From Akkermansia sp. (lineage in GTDB: Bacteria > Verrucomicrobiota > Verrucomicrobiia > Verrucomicrobiales > Akkermansiaceae), in contig JAZSRB010000008.1 in NCBI GenBank assembly GCA_045538275.1, positions 15,750 through 79,749 on the forward strand: DNA of 64,000 bases, written 5' to 3'. The notes beneath the pieces were generated by a model. It was not told the origin of the DNA and ran no database searches. It saw only the letters and a program-made list of their open reading frames with translations. Positions 8,501-16,628 of this stretch are shown here, in pieces (within the stretch, counting starts at the first letter, position 1; each line of letters opens with the position of its first letter). Position numbers and translations under genes: made by a program.

Positions 8501-10676
8501 TCAGACTATCCAACGTTTCCGTGTTCAACAAATAACGATAGCCAAGTCTCTTCACTTCCTCCACGTAATCATTCATAACCGCGCGGATAGCCTCCTCCCG
8601 GAACGGGCTGTAAAAGCCATTCAACTGAGCCTGTTTGGGAATTTCTGCCGGTTTTCCCTGAGCAATACGGAGCATGCGCTGATCGTATTCCTTGAGCTGC
8701 TGTTTATTCTTCAGCATCTCCCCATTTGCCAGCTGAAACCACTCATCATACAGCAGCAGGTAAGGAATCGCCTGCTCTGCATTCAACGGGCGGCGTTTCT
8801 TCCCGGTGGCATTCTCCACCAGCATATCAAATGTCTCCGGGTCATTCACATCCCGTTTCACCAGCTCCGGGCGCGACAAGCCATCCCGGTCAGCGCGTTT
8901 CTGCAGGAAAGCACGGGCGGTTTCTTCCTCCTGGAAACCGATATGATGCTCCGTATTGAGCAGCTTGAGAGACCTCAGCACCTCCTCCAGCGGGCCGGTA
9001 CCCGCCCACCGGCGGCTGCTGCAGAGAGCCTCCCTCAGCAACTCATTCTTCGCATGAATGTCAGGTTCATCCAGAATACGTTTCCGGGTTGCTTCATTCA
9101 CCCCCCAATCTGCCAGAATCTCCCCATTATCCAGCAACGCAGAGGGGGAGCGGAAATGGTGCAATGCCGCGCGACCAGACGCTATCAACACATACGGCAA
9201 GTTCATAGCAGCCTCTCGCATATTAGTTTCAATATCGGTGAAATTATCACCGAAGCTTTCCCAATCAATGTTGGAGGCCACCTTATCTACACGGGCTGCC
9301 AGCTCCTGCATACCCAGTTCAGTAGCCTGCGCAGCCTTACCCGCCAGAAGCATCTTGGCATTCTCCGCCGTCAGCGTACCCAGCCCCTGGAGCGCGGCTA
9401 GTGAATACCCCGCCACCCCCGCATTGCGGGCTTTCATGAAGTTGGCAATTGTGCGGTTAAGCATCTGCGCGCCGACGCGGGTCATTCCCATGTAAATCCC
9501 AGCCTGCAGCCCACCAGCCAGAATGCCAGCGGCTGTCTGAAGTTCCTGGCGTCCCTTGGGTGAGCGCTGGCGCGCCTCTGCCACCGCCGCCCCCGTACCA
9601 GCCAGAGTCAGCGCAGCAAAGCCGGCCCCTCCCATGAAAGCCATGGCAGCCCCGGGGATTGCCCCGGCAGCATCCACCGCCATCTGCTCCGCCAGGTGAG
9701 CATCTTCACCCAGGTCAATGGGGAATAATTCGCCTTGTGCCACGCTGCGTAATTCATGCAGAGCCTGAAGCCGCTTATCGGCAGCAATGCTGTACCGGCG
9801 CAGCGTATCGCTATCAAAGGTCTCACCGGCAGCCCGCGTAAGCGCCGTTGAAACATGACCAATCCCCTGCAGCAGGGAATGCCCCACATCTGCCGTACCG
9901 CGGCGCATACTGTGCAGCACAGCCTCTCCCAGATGCGCCGGTTTTTCCTCCAACGCACGGGTGGAGTCCAGCGAACGGGCCACAGCATACACACGAGCCC
10001 GGGCATCGGCATCCATATCAGCCAGCGCATCCACAGCCTGCACCAGGTCAGGAGTATTGGTAATTACCTTGGGGAAAGTGACCAAATCTGTTTCCAGCGT
10101 CTTAATAAGTTCCCATGCCTCCGAGAGAGATTCGGCCAGGGGCATATACTGCTCACGCTCCTGGTAACCAAGCTGCAAAGCTGCCTCATACACGCTACGT
10201 TCGGCGGCATCCTCCGGCTGTTTCGTATCCTTGCCCTGCAGCGCAGCATGATAAGTCTGCTCGTAAAGCTGGCGGGCTTTCTGGCGCACAGGGACCTCGC
10301 TGTTCTGTACTGAAAGTGCAGTAAACAGCTCTGGTTCAGTATCGCGCACCCCCAGTTCCCGAGAAATATTCCGCCGCAGTTCAGACCATTCGGCACGCAC
10401 CTTCTCGCGCTCCAGCCCACGGTGGTCCACCACCCAGGAGCGGTTGATACTGGACATAAGCTGGTAGTCCCGCTCCTCAGCCGGGCGGGATTCATCATCA
10501 GCTCCAGCCTTATGGCGCACCTCTGCCGGCACGGTAGACGGGTCACCAGTCAGCAAGGTGTTCCAATACTGGCTCTTCTCCCATTCCTTGCCGGAATTCA
10601 CCTCGCGCAGCGGCGGAAGCGACTCCAGCGGTACGGGCTTTCTGATTTCTTCTATTTCTTGTTCCATGTTATTCAT
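5529..10676 (-). CDS. Very large hypothetical protein (1715 aa), phage internal-virion/DNA-ejection-like
   Basis: Uninterrupted 5.1-kb ORF. Helical N-half with a Gly/Ala-rich hydrophobic segment (AAGAIPGAAMAFMGGAGFAALTLAGTGAAV). Its 3' end overlaps the terL start. The function is inferred from context only. Confidence 0.8.
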   Translation of the reverse strand: MNNMEQEIEEIRKPVPLESLPPLREVNSGKEWEKSQYWNTLLTGDPSTVPAEVRHKAGADDESRPAEERDYQLMSSINRSWVVDHRGLEREKVRAEWSELRRNISRELGVRDTEPELFTALSVQNSEVPVRQKARQLYEQTYHAALQGKDTKQPEDAAERSVYEAALQLGYQEREQYMPLAESLSEAWELIKTLETDLVTFPKVITNTPDLVQAVDALADMDADARARVYAVARSLDSTRALEEKPAHLGEAVLHSMRRGTADVGHSLLQGIGHVSTALTRAAGETFDSDTLRRYSIAADKRLQALHELRSVAQGELFPIDLGEDAHLAEQMAVDAAGAIPGAAMAFMGGAGFAALTLAGTGAAVAEARQRSPKGRQELQTAAGILAGGLQAGIYMGMTRVGAQMLNRTIANFMKARNAGVAGYSLAALQGLGTLTAENAKMLLAGKAAQATELGMQELAARVDKVASNIDWESFGDNFTDIETNMREAAMNLPYVLIASGRAALHHFRSPSALLDNGEILADWGVNEATRKRILDEPDIHAKNELLREALCSSRRWAGTGPLEEVLRSLKLLNTEHHIGFQEEETARAFLQKRADRDGLSRPELVKRDVNDPETFDMLVENATGKKRRPLNAEQAIPYLLLYDEWFQLANGEMLKNKQQLKEYDQRMLRIAQGKPAEIPKQAQLNGFYSPFREEAIRAVMNDYVEEVKRLGYRYLLNTETLDSLRRINKSQKEARYRSEQRRALIHSEVCAAIDRWQRGMPREESLNMLCERIGHMYMQRRHYSGHAPRWLRDEPRHAFTNCYEHAVKRTRLPRKTDAPQLVEAYRIILSLRSCADALMQVIPHTRDFQDALCMAHAPADIYAHLLNREFGDCLDRKVWDPKPLSEIRPDMSDNRARYDMNSEVMLRYSDLSGNDLESTPDGKGGKLWRMKRPDGRYTPWFEFPGYVVNSVVGNVETSFLPMGKNMLIPELQRGMVKDAAERVSYLRSNMFPMQQKAYLGYDHLCNTAARDLCAQWMGDSTLFKVGLEFVRENKNWTRYKGRRLDHTLKLVKDETDRYLVRHSRPLTPLSLAQLSFKAYWNRMLSSKWVEPEEVADLLVRENLLSPEERDQVLEIGRDYKMDDTRITGSKRRIMRRRYPNLIHPGDPVKMNARLASCMSELNVRYMLAHMRESQLPNSVKQWFYTTPFSKFTIQESAINYRERLVRANRIAAEQVKEMIPDVAALRRRYNKDNPIPLEKYLRNAYEPDSARRFEQGWCFAYGGERTFRAAGQALWNLLDDPARGWKLLPESERTLLQSELADVFGTRSPEAAMQELGEVLQKYPELRAYGITERGGSEICRMSLNPIQTDNIAEPDYTKGGNTRVFRPDLVQKGYSMENQVELPPEYHGDERVMPALRLLSELRRSVVKVPYVGPDGIWWDMERYGGVDGKPPGKVDNRWTPEVGLESFMRHYERVAEWADGMGADNPPTVCGVKLGGIRPGELDTSRLQYVTVYRTTRLPDQMVRLMPGMPDSASPHQRAPYVVQTSDGIPLLRPRMARKPHEIPHTLTPLNLFDFELERMYDYASNCRWRKRQLKVYMDNLLKHRTRSAEDWERGEERNINNEEMFMQIFQDSRLSYFLLTREPDQLTRGEALTSELARHMLLAEFGVNRDEHVQALVEFCDVLRKKPEDVQLIQTVLNRVVSPYPNNYSEEELPPPLDDDNEHLPEDADFY

Positions 10677-10682
10677 AATGTC

Positions 10683-11918
10683 TTATTCCGGTTGGTAGCA
10701 CACCCAGTTATCACTTTCTTCCTGCAGCTGAGTGAGCCATTGTTCACTTTCTTTTTCCGGGCGCCTCATCAAGCGCTGCAGAGCCTCCTCCTGCAAACGG
10801 CCGAGACATTGCACAGCCTCCGCATCTCCCGGGCAACCGAAGCGGCCTTCATGGTACATATTCCACAATCTGCGGCTCATACCGCTGCGCTGCTGCGGCG
10901 GCACCTGCGCACTCTTTTGCAAGCGCTGCAGCAAAAACAATCTCTGCTCAGCCGGAATCGGCGCCAAGGCAATGTCCACCACGAATTGCTCGTCATCTCC
11001 ATCGGCACGTTCATCTATGCGGCGCAACCAGTTGCAAGCCTCTACTGAGGAAAGAGCCCTCCTGGGGCACTGCAGTTTTTCCACGGAATCCGGCTTGATT
11101 ACACCGGCTGCCACCGCACTGTGCAGAGCAGCGGCATCGGGTTCAGTTCCCTGCTCAACCCCAGCAGCCAGCTGCAATGCCAGCGCGCTGAATACCCCCT
11201 TGCGGGCCTGTTCCACTTCTCCTTCCAAGGCGCGGATATCCTCCGCCCCCTGGGGGCGGGGGTCCGACTCTGCATCCCAGGCAGCCAGCGCCTCGTGCGG
11301 ATTCTGCTGCAAGCGCTGCTGCCAGCGCGAATGAAGGCTGCGGCTCTGTGCATCCGACAACTGCTGCTGCATATCTTCCTCCGGCACAAAAATTTCGCGT
11401 CCCTGTTCCAGCCATTGGCAGGCGGCTTCAGCATCTCCCCGCAGCACTGCGGAATCCACCTGCTCCTGCCACCGGCGGCGCGATTGGTGGAGACGCTCCA
11501 CCTCCATACGGCGGCGCCCTTCCAACGAATAGCGGCAACCATAAGCCTCGCTCATCCTGCGTGCCCGCTCCCGAGTCTCCCCACTGAATTGCTCCAGCAT
11601 TTGCTGCACTCGCGGAGTATAGGCCTGATTCCAGCTGTAATCCCAGTCCCGTACCGGATTTTCCAGCAGCTCCTCCGTAGTTTCCCGCGCAATTTCATCA
11701 AGCATACCGGCCACATCCGCATCATTTCCTGCGGATGATACCCGGTAGATAGCATCTGCCAGCTCAGCAACACCTGCGCCAGCAGCAGCAACGCCCTGCC
11801 CCAGCACCCGGCCAGAGCGGCTCCAATCATTTAACGCATTGAGCGGCAAGTGCACTCCCTGACGCGGATACGCCAGCATGCCCCACTCTTTCATTCGAAT
11901 AGCCATGCTGAGAAGCAT
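10683..11918 (-). CDS. Hypothetical helical protein (~410 aa), phage ejection-protein-like
   Basis: N-terminal Gly/Ala-rich amphipathic segment (GRVLGQGVAAAGAGVAELADA) followed by a Q/E/R-rich helical region. Stop is 6 nt from the next start. Start uncertain (11894, 11906, 11918 or 11942). Confidence 0.75.
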   Translation of the reverse strand: MLLSMAIRMKEWGMLAYPRQGVHLPLNALNDWSRSGRVLGQGVAAAGAGVAELADAIYRVSSAGNDADVAGMLDEIARETTEELLENPVRDWDYSWNQAYTPRVQQMLEQFSGETRERARRMSEAYGCRYSLEGRRRMEVERLHQSRRRWQEQVDSAVLRGDAEAACQWLEQGREIFVPEEDMQQQLSDAQSRSLHSRWQQRLQQNPHEALAAWDAESDPRPQGAEDIRALEGEVEQARKGVFSALALQLAAGVEQGTEPDAAALHSAVAAGVIKPDSVEKLQCPRRALSSVEACNWLRRIDERADGDDEQFVVDIALAPIPAEQRLFLLQRLQKSAQVPPQQRSGMSRRLWNMYHEGRFGCPGDAEAVQCLGRLQEEALQRLMRRPEKESEQWLTQLQEESDNWVCYQPE

Positions 11919-11988
11919 GGCACGATACCCCCACCGGGTCAATCATACCCGGTGGGTCGGCAGCGCGTTCCAGCCTGTACCCGCAACC

Positions 11989-12663
11989 CTACGGCACCAA
12001 CTTCATATCATCATCAAACACTATACGAAGCGGTTGAGCAGTAGGAATTTCCAACTGCTCAACACCAGCCGGGCTCAGTCCACGCAAGTGCATCACCAGC
12101 GCCCGCAGACTGTTACCATGCGCCACCACCAGCAACCGCTCCCGCGCATACAGGCGGGGGCGCAATTCCTCCTCCCAGCAGGCGCGCACACGCCGCAGTG
12201 TATCCTTGAGAGATTCCGTAGCCGGCAACAGCGACGGAGAAACACCTGCATAGCGAGGGTCATTCCCCGGCCAACGCTCATCGCCCATGGGAATCGGTGG
12301 CGGGGGGCAATCAAACGCACGCCGCCAGCGGTGCACCAGCTCCTCCCCCATTTCCTGTTCCACCTCCCGCTTATTCCGTCCCTGCAGAACACCGTAATGC
12401 TTCTCATTCAAACGCCAGTCTTTGTACACAGGAACCCAGGCACAATCCAACCCTGCCAGCACAATATTGAGCGTATGAATCGCCCGCATAAGCAGAGAGG
12501 TACACGCCGCGCCACACACAAACCCGCTTTCTGCCAGGCGGCGCCCGGCCAGCTCGGCCTCATGCCGCCCCCTCACAGACAAAGGCACATCTGCCCAGCC
12601 AGTAAATCGGTTGTCGGCATTCCATTGAGATTCCCCATGCCTCAGCAACACAAGTTCTTTCAT
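11989..12663 (-). CDS. gpmA: 2,3-bisphosphoglycerate-dependent phosphoglycerate mutase
   Basis: LVLLRHGESQWN, FTGW, RLNEKHYG.LQG, ESLKDT and VAHGNSLR motifs. Confidence 0.96.
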   Translation of the reverse strand: MKELVLLRHGESQWNADNRFTGWADVPLSVRGRHEAELAGRRLAESGFVCGAACTSLLMRAIHTLNIVLAGLDCAWVPVYKDWRLNEKHYGVLQGRNKREVEQEMGEELVHRWRRAFDCPPPPIPMGDERWPGNDPRYAGVSPSLLPATESLKDTLRRVRACWEEELRPRLYARERLLVVAHGNSLRALVMHLRGLSPAGVEQLEIPTAQPLRIVFDDDMKLVP

Positions 12664-12731
12664 GCAGAAATGATGCGCTATTGGCACTCCACAATTGCAA
12701 AACGGGCAGAATCTGTTACAATACCATACGT

Positions 12732-13163
12732 ATGACCCGGATTCGCCTTATCTTTCTGCTCATCATCCTTTCCTTTATCTGCAGCCTGATACTCATGCTG
12801 CCCGGCTGGTTCAGAGACCCGGAAAAACTGGTGCAGGGCGAGTGGCAGGAAGCAAACAAACTCGGCTTTGTCGAGGTAACCGATTCCACCGCCCGCTGGC
12901 GCGGCAGTAACTACAAGGGGACCTTCCACTACACCTGGGTGCAGACGGACTCCGAACCCTACACCGCTGAAGTCTCCCGCCATAAAGATAAATGGCTCAT
13001 CGGCATCACCTTTGAGGATGATGACCATGCCGTGGTAGATTTTTACATCATGGATAAACTCCCACAGGAAGCCCGCGACTTTATCCGCCAGAAAAACCGG
13101 GCAAAAAGCCGCCCGGAGGACGAACTCAAACTGCGTTTCCGCCGAATCAAAGCGGGAAATTAG
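12732..13163 (+). CDS. Hypothetical exported/membrane-anchored protein
   Basis: N-terminal TM/signal (MTRIRLIFLLIILSFICSLILML) followed by a beta-rich domain. Promoter TTGCAA-16-TGnTACAAT directly upstream. Confidence 0.75.
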   Translation: MTRIRLIFLLIILSFICSLILMLPGWFRDPEKLVQGEWQEANKLGFVEVTDSTARWRGSNYKGTFHYTWVQTDSEPYTAEVSRHKDKWLIGITFEDDDHAVVDFYIMDKLPQEARDFIRQKNRAKSRPEDELKLRFRRIKAGN

Positions 13164-13285
13164 GCTCAAATATCCTCCTCATGCAGATTATCCTTGAAAA
13201 ATCATGTTCTTTGCGTTAAAAGTAGCACAGGGCAATTTTTATGTCCACCAGGATTTCTTACTCGAACCCCAAACATACTAAAACT

Positions 13286-14212
13286 ATGGAAACCTCATTC
13301 AAGATTCACGGCCTCTGCGCAGCCACGCACACCCCCATGAACGCTGATGGCTCCTGCAATCCCAATGCAGTAGACGCACAGGCCAAATTCCTGGCCAGCC
13401 AGGGCATCAAATCCGTCTTCATCACCGGCTCCACCGGTGAATCCGCCCACATGCAACTCACCGAGCGTAAGGAAAACATGGCAGCATGGGGCGAAGCCGG
13501 CAAAAAATATGGCATCGATGTCGTAGTACACACCGGTGGCAACTGCGTTTACGACGGCCGGGAACTTGCGGCCTATGCTGCAAAATGCGGCGCCACCGCC
13601 ACCGCCAGCAACGCCCCCTGCTACTTCAAGCCGGGCAGCATTGACCTGCTGGTAGACAGCCTTGCCGTGGCAGCCTCCGGTGCCCCCGAGCTCCCGTTCT
13701 ACTTCTACGACATTCCCGTGCTCACCCACGTAGGCTTCAACCCCTGCAAAGTCATCGAAGCCTGCGCCAGGAAGATTCCCACCTTTGTAGGCGTGAAGTT
13801 CACCAACCCCGACCTCGCCCTGTACATGGACGCGCTGAACTACGAAGGCGGCAAGTACGACATCCCCTGGGGCGTGGACGAATGGTTCCTGGGCGCCTAT
13901 GCCACTGGTGCCAAGGGTGGTGTAGGCTCCTCATTCAACTACGCCCCCAAGCTGTATGATGACATCATGAAAGCCGTGGACGCCGGCGATCTCGCCGAGG
14001 CTCGTCGCCTCCAGCAACTCTCCGTCACCATGATCAACATCATCGCCGGCAAGGGCTACATGGGCTGCTGCAAGTACCTCATGAGCGAATGGACCGGCGT
14101 CGACTTCGGTCCGGCACGCCTCCCCATGGGCAAGCAGGACAAAGCCACCCTCGATGCGCTCAAGAGCGAGCTCAAGGCCATCGGGTTCTATGACTGGGCC
14201 ATCTACAAGTAA
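13286..14212 (+). CDS. nanA: N-acetylneuraminate lyase (DHDPS superfamily)
   Basis: GSTGE motif, YDIP Tyr, Schiff-base Lys in GVKFT. Adjacent to an AGE epimerase. Confidence 0.8.
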   Translation: METSFKIHGLCAATHTPMNADGSCNPNAVDAQAKFLASQGIKSVFITGSTGESAHMQLTERKENMAAWGEAGKKYGIDVVVHTGGNCVYDGRELAAYAAKCGATATASNAPCYFKPGSIDLLVDSLAVAASGAPELPFYFYDIPVLTHVGFNPCKVIEACARKIPTFVGVKFTNPDLALYMDALNYEGGKYDIPWGVDEWFLGAYATGAKGGVGSSFNYAPKLYDDIMKAVDAGDLAEARRLQQLSVTMINIIAGKGYMGCCKYLMSEWTGVDFGPARLPMGKQDKATLDALKSELKAIGFYDWAIYK

Positions 14213-14232
14213 CACCTTACCCAAGCCTCCTC

Positions 14233-15426
14233 ATGGACACGAAAGCACTTGGCGAATTCTACAAAGACAAGCTGCTCAATGAGGTAGTACCGTTCTGGTT
14301 CCCCCGTTCCCTGGATAAGGAGAACGGGGGGCTCTACCACTGCTATGCCGCAGATGGCACCCTGGTGGACACCGACAAGAACGTATGGGCCCAGGGCCGC
14401 ATGGCCTGGATGCTCCTCACCTGCTACAACAGCATCGAAAAGAACCCGCTCTGGATGGAATGCGCAGAAAGTGCGCTCAGGTTCCTGGAAGAAAAATGCG
14501 CTGACCACCAGCTCAACCGCATGTACTTCCACGTAACGGCAGAGGGCACCCCCATCCGCATGCGCCGCTACGCCTACAGCGAATGTTTTGCCGCCATCGC
14601 GTGGGCAGCCCACTACGGCGCCACCGGTGCTCCCCACAGTGCAGAACGTGCACGCAACTGGTTCGGAGTCTTTGCTGACATCTTCTTCACCCCGGGCAAA
14701 ATGACCCCCAAGGGTACCGGCAACCGCCCCGGCGAAAACCTGGGCTGCCGCATGATTATGCTGGTAACAGCACAAGAAATGCGCCGCTATCTAGGAGACG
14801 AAGGAGGCATCTACACCGCCTGGATTGACCGTTGCATCAACGATCTGCAGACCCTGTTCCTGCATGAGGAAATCAAGGCCGTACTTGAAAACGTAGCACC
14901 GGATGGTTCCATTATCGACCACTTCGATGAGCGCACCCTCAACCCCGGACACGCTATTGAAGGCGCCTGGTTCATTCTGGAGGAAGCCCGCTCCCGTGGC
15001 GGTGACCAGAAAGCCCTTATCGACACCGCCTGCAAGATGATTGACTGGTCTCTGGAGCGCGGCTGGGACAAGAAATACGGCGGTCTGCTCTACTACACCG
15101 ACGTATTCGGAGGCCCGGTGCAGGAATACTGGCACAACATGAAGTTCTGGTGGCCGCACGATGAAGCCCTCATCGGCACCTGCCTGGCCTACGTCATGAC
15201 CGGTGATGAGAAATACGCTGAATGGCACCAGCGCATTCACAACTGGGCATTCGAGCACCTGCAGGACAAAGAACACGGCGAGTGGTTCGGCTATTGCAAC
15301 CAGGACGGCACCACCACCAACGGTCTCAAAGGCTCCATGTGGAAATCATTCTTCCACCACCCGCGGGCCCTCTGGTGCTGCGCACACTATCTCGGGGCCA
15401 TTTCCGCCCCCTCCACACAAGCATAA
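14233..15426 (+). CDS. nanE: N-acylglucosamine 2-epimerase (AGE family)
   Basis: WAQGR, NPGHAIEGAWF, KFWWPHDE and KSFFHHPR motifs typical of the AGE family. Confidence 0.88.
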   Translation: MDTKALGEFYKDKLLNEVVPFWFPRSLDKENGGLYHCYAADGTLVDTDKNVWAQGRMAWMLLTCYNSIEKNPLWMECAESALRFLEEKCADHQLNRMYFHVTAEGTPIRMRRYAYSECFAAIAWAAHYGATGAPHSAERARNWFGVFADIFFTPGKMTPKGTGNRPGENLGCRMIMLVTAQEMRRYLGDEGGIYTAWIDRCINDLQTLFLHEEIKAVLENVAPDGSIIDHFDERTLNPGHAIEGAWFILEEARSRGGDQKALIDTACKMIDWSLERGWDKKYGGLLYYTDVFGGPVQEYWHNMKFWWPHDEALIGTCLAYVMTGDEKYAEWHQRIHNWAFEHLQDKEHGEWFGYCNQDGTTTNGLKGSMWKSFFHHPRALWCCAHYLGAISAPSTQA

Positions 15427-15446
15427 TTTCACCAACATACTGAAAC

Positions 15447-16628
15447 ATGATTATCGGCATACTCAATTCCGGCGGCGACTGCCCCGGCATCAATGCGGTG
15501 ATTGAAGGCTACGTCTCCGCTGCCTACCGCCGCGGTTGGCGAGTCATCGGTTTCCACGACGGCTTCGAAGGTCTGCTCCCTGTAGCAGGCGGCCGCCGTT
15601 ATGAAACCCTCACTCCCAGCAAAACACATAAAATCCGCGCTTATGGCGGTACCATTCTCGGCACCACCAGCACCGGCAACTTCAAGGTAGTCACCAACAA
15701 GGTAGGCCGCCGCCAGGTGGATCGCGAAGTTATGGCCAAAGCCAAAAAGACCATTAACGCCCTGGGGCTCCAGGCTCTGGCCGTTATCGGCGGCAGCGGT
15801 TCTGCACGCACAGCCAAGCTCCTCTCCGAGGAAGGGCTTCCCGTGATTTCCATTCCCAAAACCATTAACAACGACCTCTGCAGTGACTCCGACTACACGT
15901 TCGGATTCCACAGCGCCGTTTCCGTGGTAACTGAATCCATTGACCGCATCCGCACCACCGCCAACGCCCACCAGCGCATGATGGTGATTGAGGTAATGGG
16001 CGACATGTCCGGCTGGATTGGTCTTTACGGCGGCATTGCCGCAGCAGCAGACGTAGTACTCATCCCCGAAATCGACTACGACCTTGAAAAAGTGATTGAA
16101 TGCATCAAGGCCCGCAAAGCCACCGGTCAGCGTGAAATCATCGTTGTTGTAGCGGAAGGCTCCCGGCTGAACGGCCAGCTTGTTACGGTTCACAACAAAG
16201 AAAATGGAGATGAACGCCTCGGCGGCATCGGCAACAAGCTCTCCCACATTCTGCAGGAACGCACCGGCATTGAAACCCGCTACTGCGTGCTGGGACACAC
16301 CCAGCGCGGTGGCTCCCCCTGCGCATTTGACCGCATCCTGGGCGTGCGCTTCGGCGTTGAGGCCGTAAAACTCATTGAGAAAAAAGACTTCGGCAAAACC
16401 GTTGTGCTCAATGGTCTCAACATCGACAACGTCCCCATTGAGGAAGCCGTGGCTCACCACCGCTTCGTGAACCCCGATAGCCAGATTATCAGCACTGCTC
16501 GTGACCTGGGCATCATCTTCGGCGACCGCAGCCCGGAGGAAATGCACCATGACCGCAAGCGGGTATGCTCCACCAAAAAGGAACCCGCCCGCAAGTGCTG
16601 CAAATCCAAGTCGGCAAAGTCTAAATGA
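15447..16628 (+). CDS. 6-phosphofructokinase paralog with degenerate active site
   Basis: Pfk fold motifs (GGDCPG, GGTILGT, RYCVLGHTQRGG) are present, but GGSGS, PKTINND and MGD replace GGDGS, PKTIDND and MGR. K/C-rich C-terminal tail. Confidence 0.85.
   Translation: MIIGILNSGGDCPGINAVIEGYVSAAYRRGWRVIGFHDGFEGLLPVAGGRRYETLTPSKTHKIRAYGGTILGTTSTGNFKVVTNKVGRRQVDREVMAKAKKTINALGLQALAVIGGSGSARTAKLLSEEGLPVISIPKTINNDLCSDSDYTFGFHSAVSVVTESIDRIRTTANAHQRMMVIEVMGDMSGWIGLYGGIAAAADVVLIPEIDYDLEKVIECIKARKATGQREIIVVVAEGSRLNGQLVTVHNKENGDERLGGIGNKLSHILQERTGIETRYCVLGHTQRGGSPCAFDRILGVRFGVEAVKLIEKKDFGKTVVLNGLNIDNVPIEEAVAHHRFVNPDSQIISTARDLGIIFGDRSPEEMHHDRKRVCSTKKEPARKCCKSKSAKSK

Noticed and set aside
3941-11918. Calling this an intact prophage
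   Set aside because: No capsid, portal, tail, lysin, repressor, integrase or att repeats were seen, and it is flanked by housekeeping genes.
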